From NCBI GenBank assembly GCA_965238305.1, contig CBDEHK010000001.1:1298391-1362390 (forward strand): a stretch of 64,000 bases of DNA. Direction: 5' to 3'. Shown in pieces: positions 1-7,864 of the stretch (within the stretch, counting starts at the first letter, position 1; every line of letters begins with the position of its first letter). The DNA is from Alphaproteobacteria bacterium (GTDB taxonomy: Bacteria; Pseudomonadota; Alphaproteobacteria; GCA-2731375). The position numbers and the translations under genes are program-made. Below the pieces are notes generated by a model that worked only from the letters and a program-made list of their open reading frames with translations, was not told the origin of the DNA and ran no database searches.

Positions 1-1010
1 ATCTTGCCGCTGCGGACATGTTTCAACTTCATGCCGCGTTTGAAATGCCCGGAACTAAGTCTTACGAAGGCGATGCGGTCGCGATGTTTGGGGTCCATAT
101 TGGCTTGAATTTTAAAGACAAATCCGGCGACATTTTTTTCTCCTGGATCGATTTCCCGACCAGCAGTCGGTTGCGGGCGCGGCGAAGGGGCGAATTGCGA
201 CAGACCCAGCAGCATCTCGCGAACGCCAAAATTGTTGATCGCGCTGCCGAAATAAACTGGCGTCAAATGGCCTTCCTGATAACTTTGAAGATCGAATTCG
301 GGGCACAGCCCACGCACCATCTCCACTTCTTCGCGCAACTGCTTCACCGCATCTTCGGGCAATAACTCGTCTAGTTTGGGATCGTCCAGGCCGTTACATT
401 GCTCGCCCTCCGGCGGCATGTCGCCCTTGCTGCGCGCGATCAGGATCAAACGGTCGCGGATCAAGTCATAACAGCCGAGGAAATTCCGTCCCATGCCAAT
501 CGGCCAACTGGCCGGGGTCACGTCCAACGCCAGGGTCTGCTCAATCTCATCCAGCAGATCGAACGGGTCCTGCGCTTCGCGGTCCATTTTGTTGATGAAA
601 GTAGCGATCGGTACGTCCCGCAGGCGGCAAACTTCGAACAATTTGCGGGTCTGGGTTTCGATGCCGCGGGCGGCGTCCAGGACCATCACGGCGCTATCGA
701 CCGCGGTCAGGGTGCGGTAGGTATCTTCGGAAAAATCTTCGTGCCCTGGCGTGTCCAGCAAATTGAAGGTGCGGTCGTCATAATCGAAGGTCATGACGGA
801 CGACGCGACGGAAATACCGCGCTCTCGCTCCACTTTCATCCAATCGGAATGGGCCCGGCGCTGGGCCCCGCGGGCTTTCACCGCACCGGCCATTTGGATG
901 GCGCCGCCGAACAATAAAAGTTTTTCGGTCAGCGTGGTTTTACCGGCGTCCGGGTGGGAAATAATGGCGAAGGTCCGCCGCCTGGCCACCGCATCTTGTC
1001 CTGCGTTCAT
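1..1010 (-). CDS. prfC: peptide chain release factor 3 (5' portion; the gene runs off the window start)
   Basis: Reverse-strand translation from ATG at 1010..1008 gives MNAGQDAVARRRTFAIISHPDAGKTTLTEKLLLFGGAIQMAGAVK...DTPGHEDFSEDTYRTLTAVD...FINKMDR...GFVFKIQANMDPKHRDRIAF. This is collinear with E. coli RF3, including the G1 P-loop, DTPGH and NKxD motifs. It is absent from the ORF track only because it is truncated at the window edge. Confidence 0.93.
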   Translation of the reverse strand, partial: MNAGQDAVARRRTFAIISHPDAGKTTLTEKLLLFGGAIQMAGAVKARGAQRRAHSDWMKVERERGISVASSVMTFDYDDRTFNLLDTPGHEDFSEDTYRTLTAVDSAVMVLDAARGIETQTRKLFEVCRLRDVPIATFINKMDREAQDPFDLLDEIEQTLALDVTPASWPIGMGRNFLGCYDLIRDRLILIARSKGDMPPEGEQCNGLDDPKLDELLPEDAVKQLREEVEMVRGLCPEFDLQSYQEGHLTPVYFGSAINNFGVREMLLGLSQFAPSPRPQPTAGREIDPGEKNVAGFVFKIQANMDPKHRDRIAFVRLSSGHFKRGMKLKHVRSGK

Positions 1011-1061
1011 CTGCTCATCAGTTTGTAGAAGTTAATTCGGCGCTTTCAATATCACCGACGC

Positions 1062-1400
1062 TTAGCCGGCGCAACCAACGCAATTGGGGGCGGCCGGGTC
1101 GAGTTCCAGGCGTTTGACCGGAATGTCCTCGCCGCAATTGACGCAATAGCCATAATCGTCATCGTCCAGGCGCTGAAATGCCGCTTCGATGCGTTGCAAT
1201 TGCAGGCCGCGGCGGCGCTCGGTCTCCTGCGCCATGGCCTGGCCTTGCAAGGCGTCCATGCGCGATAGCCGGCCGACCTTGCTTTGATCAAGTTCGACCG
1301 CCTGGCGGCTTTCTTTGGCGGCTTCACTGCTGGCGGTCAGGTCCCGCTGCAACACCAAAAGCTGCTGGCGAAAGCCGTCATTGTCGATGTCATCACGCAT
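1062..1400 (-). CDS. DksA/TraR family C4-type zinc-finger protein
   Basis: 112 aa with a coiled-coil N-terminal part and a C-terminal CVNCGEDIPVKRLELDPAAPNCVGC motif (CxxC-x17-CxxC), typical of DksA/TraR. Confidence 0.8.
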   Translation of the reverse strand: MRDDIDNDGFRQQLLVLQRDLTASSEAAKESRQAVELDQSKVGRLSRMDALQGQAMAQETERRRGLQLQRIEAAFQRLDDDDYGYCVNCGEDIPVKRLELDPAAPNCVGCAG

Positions 1401-1436
1401 GGTTATAGTCCGTTAAAATATCCCCCACAGCTTCCT

Positions 1437-2192
1437 ATGGATGATCGTAAAATGTCCAGCCCCTTCCAATTGCTCTATATTTCGCAGCTTGCCGAAGCTG
1501 CCCGCTATGATAGCTCGGTCCATGCCGACGCCGCTGACGGGCGCGACGATGGCGAATGGATGGCGACCAGGCTCAGGGAACTTGGCTTGCAGAAGCGCAT
1601 TGCCCTGACCGTAATCGATGTTTGTCAGGGCGATCCGATCCCGGATCATCGAGCTTTCGATGCCGTCATTATCGGCGGCAGCGCCCATTCGGTCCATGAA
1701 ATGCGGCAATGGCACGATCAATTGCTGACCTGGATGGCCGCTTATCGGCCAACCGGCAAGCCGCTTCTGGGAATTTGTGGTGGCCATCAACTGATGTGTC
1801 TGTGGCAGGGCCAAAAAGTGGAAAAACTAGCCGGCGGCGAATGTGCGGCAACCCTGCCGATTGAGTTGACGCCGGCCGGCCACAGTCATCCTTTATTTGA
1901 CGGCCTGCCTGATGACGTCGAATACAATTTTGGCAATTCAGAATATGTCGTTGGGGTGCCTCCGGGCGCCAGCGTCCTTGCAACTTTGGGTGAGGCCCGC
2001 TCTCTCGCCCTTGATCATGGCGGCAACTGGTATTCGATCCAGTTTCACCCGGAAATCTCCGCTGATATCATGCGCCAATTTTGGCAACATGAAAAACCAG
2101 CCAATATGGAAAACTATCGCCCGACCTTGGAAGCCCCGAAATTGTTGGCGAATTATCTCACACTTGCTGGTTTGCCCGCCTTGCCGGCTTAA
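1437..2192 (+). CDS. class I (type 1) glutamine amidotransferase-like protein
   Basis: LLGICGGHQLM (G-x-C-x-G nucleophile elbow) and IQFHPE (His/Glu of the triad). Start chosen at ATG 1437 because the ORF-track start at 1284 overlaps the convergent DksA gene. Confidence 0.75.
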   Translation: MDDRKMSSPFQLLYISQLAEAARYDSSVHADAADGRDDGEWMATRLRELGLQKRIALTVIDVCQGDPIPDHRAFDAVIIGGSAHSVHEMRQWHDQLLTWMAAYRPTGKPLLGICGGHQLMCLWQGQKVEKLAGGECAATLPIELTPAGHSHPLFDGLPDDVEYNFGNSEYVVGVPPGASVLATLGEARSLALDHGGNWYSIQFHPEISADIMRQFWQHEKPANMENYRPTLEAPKLLANYLTLAGLPALPA

Positions 2193-2342
2193 TTTTGTTT
2201 CATGTGATCGACCGTTTTTGATCGCATGGCTGATCTACTACATCCACTAAAAGAATATAAAACAAAATATAATTGCAATTTAATACAATCAATGATTTAC
2301 TGGAATTGAAGTCAAAATATACTAATACTTGGGGGGTCCGTA

Positions 2343-2978
2343 TTGCGTGTATTTTATTTATCTCGTGCAATGGCGGCGGCGCTAAGCGTTTGGACCATCC
2401 TACCCGGCTGCACGTTTGTCTACACTGACCCGATAGGAAATGATCGCATCGTTGGCTTGGCCGATGTTGAGATCACTGCCATGGACAATCCGCGCGGCAG
2501 TTTGGCCGGTCATTTAATAATTGTAAATTCGCTTGGGATGATAGTGGACACAAGTCGTGATAAATCTGGCTTTACCATTGGCTATACCAAGATAGCGATG
2601 GCCGGTTTGCAAAATTGTGCCTTATTCAACTTCGAGAGCGCACCGTCTGAATCCTCGAAGTCACAGTCGATTGAGTATGATGCCGGACTTTCGGTCGCAC
2701 GAAATCTCCCCGACAACGGCACCGGTTATTTTGGGTTGGTCAATATTACAATTCCTGGACCGGGACATGGCGGCAGTGTCGCCGGCAACCTTCTGGCGCA
2801 TGAAATAATTGGCCTTAGCATCGCTGAGCGGCCGCAAGGAACTGAGATTGTTATTGGATATTCCAGTTCAACGCTGGCGGCGATGAATAACAATGTTCTA
2901 GTCAGTCCCAATTTTGAAAACGTCGATTGCAACACGCTTGAGCCGTTAATCAGACAAGTAAAGCAGGATAAAATTTAG
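2343..2978 (+). CDS. hypothetical secreted protein / putative lipoprotein (island cargo)
   Basis: 211-aa ORF in the lower-GC region. Hydrophobic N-terminus ending ...WTILPGC, a lipobox-like LPGC. No recognisable catalytic motif. Confidence 0.5.
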   Translation: MRVFYLSRAMAAALSVWTILPGCTFVYTDPIGNDRIVGLADVEITAMDNPRGSLAGHLIIVNSLGMIVDTSRDKSGFTIGYTKIAMAGLQNCALFNFESAPSESSKSQSIEYDAGLSVARNLPDNGTGYFGLVNITIPGPGHGGSVAGNLLAHEIIGLSIAERPQGTEIVIGYSSSTLAAMNNNVLVSPNFENVDCNTLEPLIRQVKQDKI

Positions 2979-3016
2979 CGTATTGCTCGGACAACTATGA
3001 GGGTGGGTGAATTATA

Positions 3017-3937
3017 ATGAATTTCAGATATGTTTTTCTGCTGACGGTAGTTGCGGCGGCGTTATCCGCCTGTGCTAATACCGAACGTGTGCTCTTCGTG
3101 ACCTCCACACAGATTGGCATCGATGCGGATTCTAAAACACAAAGTGTAAGTATTGGCTACGACCGTTATGAGGGATATGTAGGCCCGGCCTATGAAAACG
3201 GTGGCTTACCGCCGGTGATTGCGCATTTGGAATCCAATTTGTCAGTATTCGATCCCAAAATCAGTCAGGTTTACGCCACGGGCGACGCCGCGCGATTGGC
3301 TGCCGGGCGCGGGCCAAAATGGTCCGAAAAACCGCTTTCCGGGAAAAAGAACATTACTTTTTTTGGCACCGGAACGAATTTCGGCTTGAAAGCGACATTT
3401 TCCAGTGAAGCGCCCGCCTTCAATCTAGGCTATAAACGACAAGAGTTTTCTTTAATTCCGATCGGCTCCGAAACCGAAAAAACAGAACCTGCGGTAAAAA
3501 ATACAACCGGCAAGCTCGAGGTCCCGGATCCCAAAGACCCAGACGGCAGCGAAGATATTTATCCGTCGGTCTTGGCGGCATTCGACCTGAACGTCGCGAA
3601 CAAAAGCTACGCCGGGACCGGCGCCGGCGTCAGCCAGTTTTTTGCCACCGGCGATGCCGCCGATTCTTTAGCGGTTCATCCCGATATCCGGGCGGCTTTC
3701 CAAAAGGAAGCGCGAGAGGCGATGAATATCCGTGATATCGATTGCGTCACCGGAACCGATGATGCTTCCAGCAAGATTCTGGCCTGGGTAAAATTGGATG
3801 CCAAGAACAAAAACACGTTGAAATCAATCGTTGAATCCGAATTTGGTAGCAATATCACGAATTGGGAGTTGATTAACTGCAAGGACTATGCCGACAAGCG
3901 TGCTTTGGTTCTAAAACGCCATAATTTAGCCCCATAA
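3017..3937 (+). CDS. hypothetical lipoprotein (island cargo)
   Basis: 306 aa. N-terminus MNFRYVFLLTVVAAALSAC has a canonical LSAC lipobox. Good RBS (GAGGGTGGGTGAATTATAATG). Lower GC than the surrounding genes. Confidence 0.6.
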   Translation: MNFRYVFLLTVVAAALSACANTERVLFVTSTQIGIDADSKTQSVSIGYDRYEGYVGPAYENGGLPPVIAHLESNLSVFDPKISQVYATGDAARLAAGRGPKWSEKPLSGKKNITFFGTGTNFGLKATFSSEAPAFNLGYKRQEFSLIPIGSETEKTEPAVKNTTGKLEVPDPKDPDGSEDIYPSVLAAFDLNVANKSYAGTGAGVSQFFATGDAADSLAVHPDIRAAFQKEAREAMNIRDIDCVTGTDDASSKILAWVKLDAKNKNTLKSIVESEFGSNITNWELINCKDYADKRALVLKRHNLAP

Positions 3938-3975
3938 TCTCGAAATCAAGCCAACGACCGAAATGGAGGATTATT

Positions 3976-4119
3976 ATGCCGACCGTGTCCCGTACTTTTG
4001 ATACCAGGCCGGAAGCAACGGCCTGGGTGAATGAAATCAAAGTCACAGATAATGTTGTTTCTGACAAAATCGAGCAAACACCTGATGAAAAATGGAAAGC
4101 AATCGTCGAGATAGAATGA
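3976..4119 (+). CDS. small hypothetical protein (47 aa), not in the ORF track
   Basis: ATG at 3976 preceded by AATGGAGGATTATT (a GGAGG RBS). Translation MPTVSRTFDTRPEATAWVNEIKVTDNVVSDKIEQTPDEKWKAIVEIE*. Lies between the lipoprotein gene and the hydrolase gene. Confidence 0.35.
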   Translation: MPTVSRTFDTRPEATAWVNEIKVTDNVVSDKIEQTPDEKWKAIVEIE

Positions 4120-4165
4120 TTGGTGATGGGCCTTCCTGCAAGAACTGGAATAATGGAGAAAACTG

Positions 4166-5101
4166 ATGGTAACCGACCTGCAAAAAAGTACCGCTCAGGC
4201 CATTGTCAACATTTTTGAAACCGGCAAGGCGTTGGGTGACTATGGCACGGTGACACTGCTCGCCGGCGACAGCGGTCATTTGACCTATGGCCGATCGCAA
4301 ACGACGTTGGCGAGTGGTAATCTGTTTCTGCTGATCAAAGCCTATTGCGCGGCGCCGGAGGCTGAATTCAGCCAGACGCTGGCGCCTTTCCTGGGGCGGT
4401 TGGAGGATCACGACCTATCGCTCGATCATGATGGGGTTTTTCGTGACCTGCTGCGCCGGGCGGGCGACGATACGGTTATGCATGATGTGCAGGATGGTTT
4501 TTTTGATCGCGTCTATTGGCAGCCGGCGGTTGCTTCGGCACAGCATATCGGCAGCGAAACGGCCCTTGGACAAGCCGTGATCTACGACAGCAAAATTCAT
4601 GGTTCTTGGCATCGTATGCGGGATCGTATCAATGAAAATAACGGCAGTTTAAACGATCTGGGGGAGCAAGATTGGATAGTCAAATATATTCAGACCCGAT
4701 TTGATTGGCTTTCAAATCATTCGAATAAGTTGCTTGGAAAGACTGTCTACCGGATGAAAGCGTTGCAAAAATTGTGTGACGACAATGACTGGACCCTCGA
4801 TTTACCGTTGACTGTGCGGGGCGTTTTGATTGACGAACCGATATTGTCGGGCATAATTGTCCGCGCCTCAGCGGGGGTTGCCGATGAACGCATTTTGCGG
4901 CTTCGAAACCCGATGATGCAGGGCGAAGATGTACGCGAAGTGCAGGAGGCGCTGAAAACAAAGGGTGTCGAAGTTGATGTCGATGGTGTTTTTGGGTCTG
5001 GCACTAAAGCTGCGGTGATCAGTTTCCAGCAAGCCAACAATCTGGAAGCCGACGGGATTGTCGGATCTTCGACAAGGGCCGCGCTTGGAATAGGGCTCTG
5101 A
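4166..5101 (+). CDS. glycoside hydrolase family 46 (chitosanase-fold) enzyme with a C-terminal peptidoglycan-binding domain
   Basis: The N-terminal half aligns with Streptomyces N174 chitosanase. IFETGK...AGDSGHLTYG matches the catalytic Glu/Asp region SAENSS...IGDGRGYTGG. QDGFFDRVYWQPAVASA matches NDERDRVYFDPAVSQA. ALGQAVIYDSKIHGS matches ALGQFAYYDAIVMHG. The C-terminal 60 aa (VREVQEALKTKGVEVDVDGVFGSGTKAAVISFQQANNLEADGIVGSSTRAAL) is a PG_binding_1-type repeat. No signal peptide. Confidence 0.65.
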   Translation: MVTDLQKSTAQAIVNIFETGKALGDYGTVTLLAGDSGHLTYGRSQTTLASGNLFLLIKAYCAAPEAEFSQTLAPFLGRLEDHDLSLDHDGVFRDLLRRAGDDTVMHDVQDGFFDRVYWQPAVASAQHIGSETALGQAVIYDSKIHGSWHRMRDRINENNGSLNDLGEQDWIVKYIQTRFDWLSNHSNKLLGKTVYRMKALQKLCDDNDWTLDLPLTVRGVLIDEPILSGIIVRASAGVADERILRLRNPMMQGEDVREVQEALKTKGVEVDVDGVFGSGTKAAVISFQQANNLEADGIVGSSTRAALGIGL

Positions 5102-5147
5102 TCCCCGGCTCGCGATTGAAAACCGGCCCTTCGAAGCTTTTTTAAAG

Positions 5148-5390
5148 TTGAAAACCGCCGACCGGGCGGGCAATGCTCTTGACTTTGACCTCGCTCCAAT
5201 CTTCCAGTTCGATTTCCATGCCGTCACAGATTCCAACCAGTTTCACCCGGAAATCGATCCCGAAATCATGCGCCAAAATTGGCAGCATGAAAAACCGGCC
5301 AATACGGAAAACTATCACCCGACGCCTGCCGTCCCGAAATTGCTGGCGAATTATCTGTCGTTGGCCGGCGTTAGGACGGTGGCAAGCTGA
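5148..5390 (+). pseudogene. remnant duplicate of the glutamine amidotransferase 3' end
   Basis: The 80-aa ORF ...QFHPEIDPEIMRQNWQHEKPANTENYHPTPAVPKLLANYLSLAG parallels the C-terminus of the 1437..2192 product (IQFHPEISADIMRQFWQHEKPANMENYRPTLEAPKLLANYLTLAG). Nucleotide identity is about 85-90% over roughly 170 nt (2030-2192 versus 5215-5385). Confidence 0.7.
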
Positions 5391-5437
5391 AACAAATTTA
5401 TTTGACCGCTCGTTCCAAACATGCATGATAATAACAC

Positions 5438-6049
5438 GTGCATGTATCATTTCTGCGGAGACCTTCTTTGCCCTGGGAAAAGCGCTATGACGAAACCGAC
5501 GTGCTTGAACGCGCCATGCAGGCGTTTTGGGCGCGCGGTTACGAAGCGACGTCGATGCGCGATCTGGTCGATGCGACCGGTATAAACCGGGGCAGCATTT
5601 ATACCGCCTATACCAGCAAACATGCCCTGTTCATGCAGGCCTTGCGCCATTACGACAAGATTCATCGGGCCGATTATCTGGACCGTATTGCCGATCAATA
5701 TGCACCGAAGGAGGCCATCCTCGCCGCCTTCGACGGGGCGGCTAAACAAACCGGTCGCAAAGGCGCGCCAGCCGGCTGTTTGCTGGTGAATACGGTTCTT
5801 GAACTGTCGCCGCACGACGGCGAAGCGCGGGACTTTGTTGATGGCTGCTTGAAAGCGGTGGAGGATTTTTTCTGCGCCCGGATTATCGCCGCTCAACAAC
5901 AAGGCACTATTGCCAGCCCCGTGCCGCCGCGCAAAACCGCGCAGGCGCTACTGGGTCTATTTTTGGGACTGCGTGTACTGACCCGTGGGAAACCGCACAA
6001 GGCTGCTATCGACGCCATCACATCTCAGGCCAGGATGATGTTGGAATAA
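5438..6049 (+). CDS. TetR/AcrR family transcriptional regulator
   Basis: N-terminal HTH region ...ERAMQAFWARGYEATSMRDLVDATGINRGSIYTAYTSKHALF is the TetR signature. Start codon uncertain (the ORF-track start is GTG at 5438). Confidence 0.85.
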   Translation: MHVSFLRRPSLPWEKRYDETDVLERAMQAFWARGYEATSMRDLVDATGINRGSIYTAYTSKHALFMQALRHYDKIHRADYLDRIADQYAPKEAILAAFDGAAKQTGRKGAPAGCLLVNTVLELSPHDGEARDFVDGCLKAVEDFFCARIIAAQQQGTIASPVPPRKTAQALLGLFLGLRVLTRGKPHKAAIDAITSQARMMLE

Positions 6050-6099
6050 AAAAATTTGGCTATTTTGGAACGAACGTTCAACACAAACAGGAGAGCGAT

Positions 6100-6669
6100 A
6101 TGAGTGTCTCATTAGTGGAAAGAGAACAGGCCGACGACGAAACCATAGCTTTTTACGATAAAGCCGAAGAACGGTTTCAGGCCCTGTTGAATATCTTCAA
6201 GGTGTTCGGTCATCAGCCGGAATACGGTACCGTCTTCACCGATCTGATCATGGCGGTGCTGAAAGACGGGGTGATCGATTGGCAGACCAAGGAGCTGCTG
6301 ATCCTGAAAGCGACCCAGCGCAATCAATGTCAATATTGCGTCGTCCAACACGAACGGGTCTCAAACATGCTAGGGATCACGGACGATAAAATTGCCGACC
6401 TGGATGGCGAGAAATACAAAACCAGTGCGCATTTCAGCGACGGCGAAAAGGCCCTATTGGACCTGACCGTGCAAATCGGCGAAGACGCCAACCGGGTCCC
6501 CAAAGAACTCTGGGATCGCCTGCACGCGCATTGGAATGAAGCGCAGATTGTCGATGCGGTGTTTGTCATCACCATCTACATCGCCGTCTCCAAGTTTGGC
6601 GATGCCTTGGGGGTACAATTGGAATCGATGTTCGACGGCGTCGAGCCGATCCTGCACGTCGCCCACTGA
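6100..6669 (+). CDS. carboxymuconolactone decarboxylase family (AhpD-like) protein
   Basis: 189 aa with a CQYCVVQHE motif (CxxC...H, AhpD-like). Lies downstream of the TetR gene on the same strand. Confidence 0.6.
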   Translation: MSVSLVEREQADDETIAFYDKAEERFQALLNIFKVFGHQPEYGTVFTDLIMAVLKDGVIDWQTKELLILKATQRNQCQYCVVQHERVSNMLGITDDKIADLDGEKYKTSAHFSDGEKALLDLTVQIGEDANRVPKELWDRLHAHWNEAQIVDAVFVITIYIAVSKFGDALGVQLESMFDGVEPILHVAH

Positions 6670-6799
6670 GCGGCTTGAGCAGTGCGGATTGTGCCGGGTC
6701 CGCACTGGCGTCAAGCTGGTTCCAATAGCGGCTTTAGGGGCGAGTATTTAGGCGTTCAATTAGAATAATTGGGCGATATTCCGGCGTCTTATTCCCCAT

Positions 6800-7450
6800 T
6801 CACCGGAGTGGAATTTGTAGGACTGCTTCCAGATCGGTTAGGGCCTGGGCGGCGCCGAGGACTTTGATGGTTTGCATGCCCATGGCTTTGGCCGGCTTTA
6901 AATTGATCCCGAGATCATCCAGGAAGACCACTTCCGCCGGGCTGACATCGGCCATTTCGCAGGCGATTTCATAGAAGCGTTGTTCCGGTTTACGGACCCC
7001 GACTTGGCTCGATTCCACCACATGATGGAACAGCGTCATGATCTCGGCGATCTGCGCGGCTTTCTCCGCCGAGCGGGCCATGCCCGGGCCGGCGCCGCTT
7101 CGAACATTGTTGGTCAGACAGGCAATGGTGAATTGCTGACCGACCCGGCGCAGGGCTTCGACCATTTCCGGGCGCACCTCGCCGGACAGCAATGCCAGCA
7201 CGTCGCGCCCCGGTACCCGATAGCCGAGGGCAGTGGCTTCGGCTTCAAATAGATCGCTGAAGCCGTCCGGATTGATGTCGCTGCGTTCCAGTTTGGCCCA
7301 GGCATTGTCTGCCGGATTATGGCTATTGACGGTACGGATGAAATCCATCGGCAGGCTATTTTGTTCTTCATAACGGTTGAAAGCGTCGAACGGACTGGAC
7401 AGGATGACGCCGCCGAAATCCCAGAAAACGGCCTTTATCTGATGTGTCAT
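6800..7450 (-). CDS. HAD-superfamily hydrolase (subfamily IA-like)
   Basis: N-terminal KAVFWDFGGVIL (HAD motif I, DxD/G) and C-terminal FLDDLGINLKPA (motif IV). 216 aa. Confidence 0.75.
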   Translation of the reverse strand: MTHQIKAVFWDFGGVILSSPFDAFNRYEEQNSLPMDFIRTVNSHNPADNAWAKLERSDINPDGFSDLFEAEATALGYRVPGRDVLALLSGEVRPEMVEALRRVGQQFTIACLTNNVRSGAGPGMARSAEKAAQIAEIMTLFHHVVESSQVGVRKPEQRFYEIACEMADVSPAEVVFLDDLGINLKPAKAMGMQTIKVLGAAQALTDLEAVLQIPLR

Positions 7451-7459
7451 GAAAATGGA

Positions 7460-7864
7460 CTACTCTTTATCGGTGGGTTCAAACGCAAGCGAGGCGGAAT
7501 TCATACAATATCGCAGGCCGCTCGGTTGCGGGCCGTCTTCGAAGACATGACCCAAATGGGCATCGCATTTGCTGCACAAAGCTTCGGTGCGGACCATGAA
7601 GTGGGAGCGATCGGTTTCCGTCTCCACATTGTCGCCATCGATTGGGCCCCAAAAGCTAGGCCAACCGGAACCAGACTCGAATTTTGTCTCGGACGAAAAG
7701 AGCGCCTGGCCGCAGCCGATGCAAGAAAAGACGCCGCTTCGTTTTTCGTCGTTCAGCGGTCCCGTAAAAGCCCGTTCGGTGCCTTTTTGCCGGGTAACGT
7801 AATAGGATTCCTCGCTCAATTGCTGGCGCCATTCGGCGTCCGTTTTTTGCACCTTTTCCGTCAT
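7460..7864 (-). CDS. msrB: peptide-methionine (R)-S-oxide reductase
   Basis: Product MTEKVQKTDAEWRQQLSEESYYVTRQKGTERAFTGPLNDEKRSGVFSCIGCGQALFSSETKFESGSGWPSFW...RTEALCSKCDAHLGHVFEDGP..RYC is a typical zinc-binding MsrB with 2x CxxC. Start set at ATG 7864 with RBS AGGAAG. The longer ORF-track start runs into the upstream gene. Confidence 0.9.
   Translation of the reverse strand: MTEKVQKTDAEWRQQLSEESYYVTRQKGTERAFTGPLNDEKRSGVFSCIGCGQALFSSETKFESGSGWPSFWGPIDGDNVETETDRSHFMVRTEALCSKCDAHLGHVFEDGPQPSGLRYCMNSASLAFEPTDKE

Noticed and set aside
399-1035. Plus-strand ORFs 399..917, 493..720 and 793..1035 inside the first kilobase
   Set aside because: They lie antisense to prfC, whose reverse-strand translation is an unambiguous RF3 match. 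They have no RBS or motifs and are typical GC-rich shadow ORFs.
1284-1436. N-terminal 51 codons of track ORF 1284..2192
   Set aside because: They overlap the 3' end of the convergent DksA/TraR gene. The amidotransferase homology begins after ATG 1437.
6683-6705. Hairpin GTGCGGA-TTGTGCCGGG-TCCGCAC after the carboxymuconolactone-decarboxylase-family gene, considered as a terminator
   Set aside because: A 7-bp stem is present but no downstream U-run follows, so I did not list it as an intrinsic terminator.
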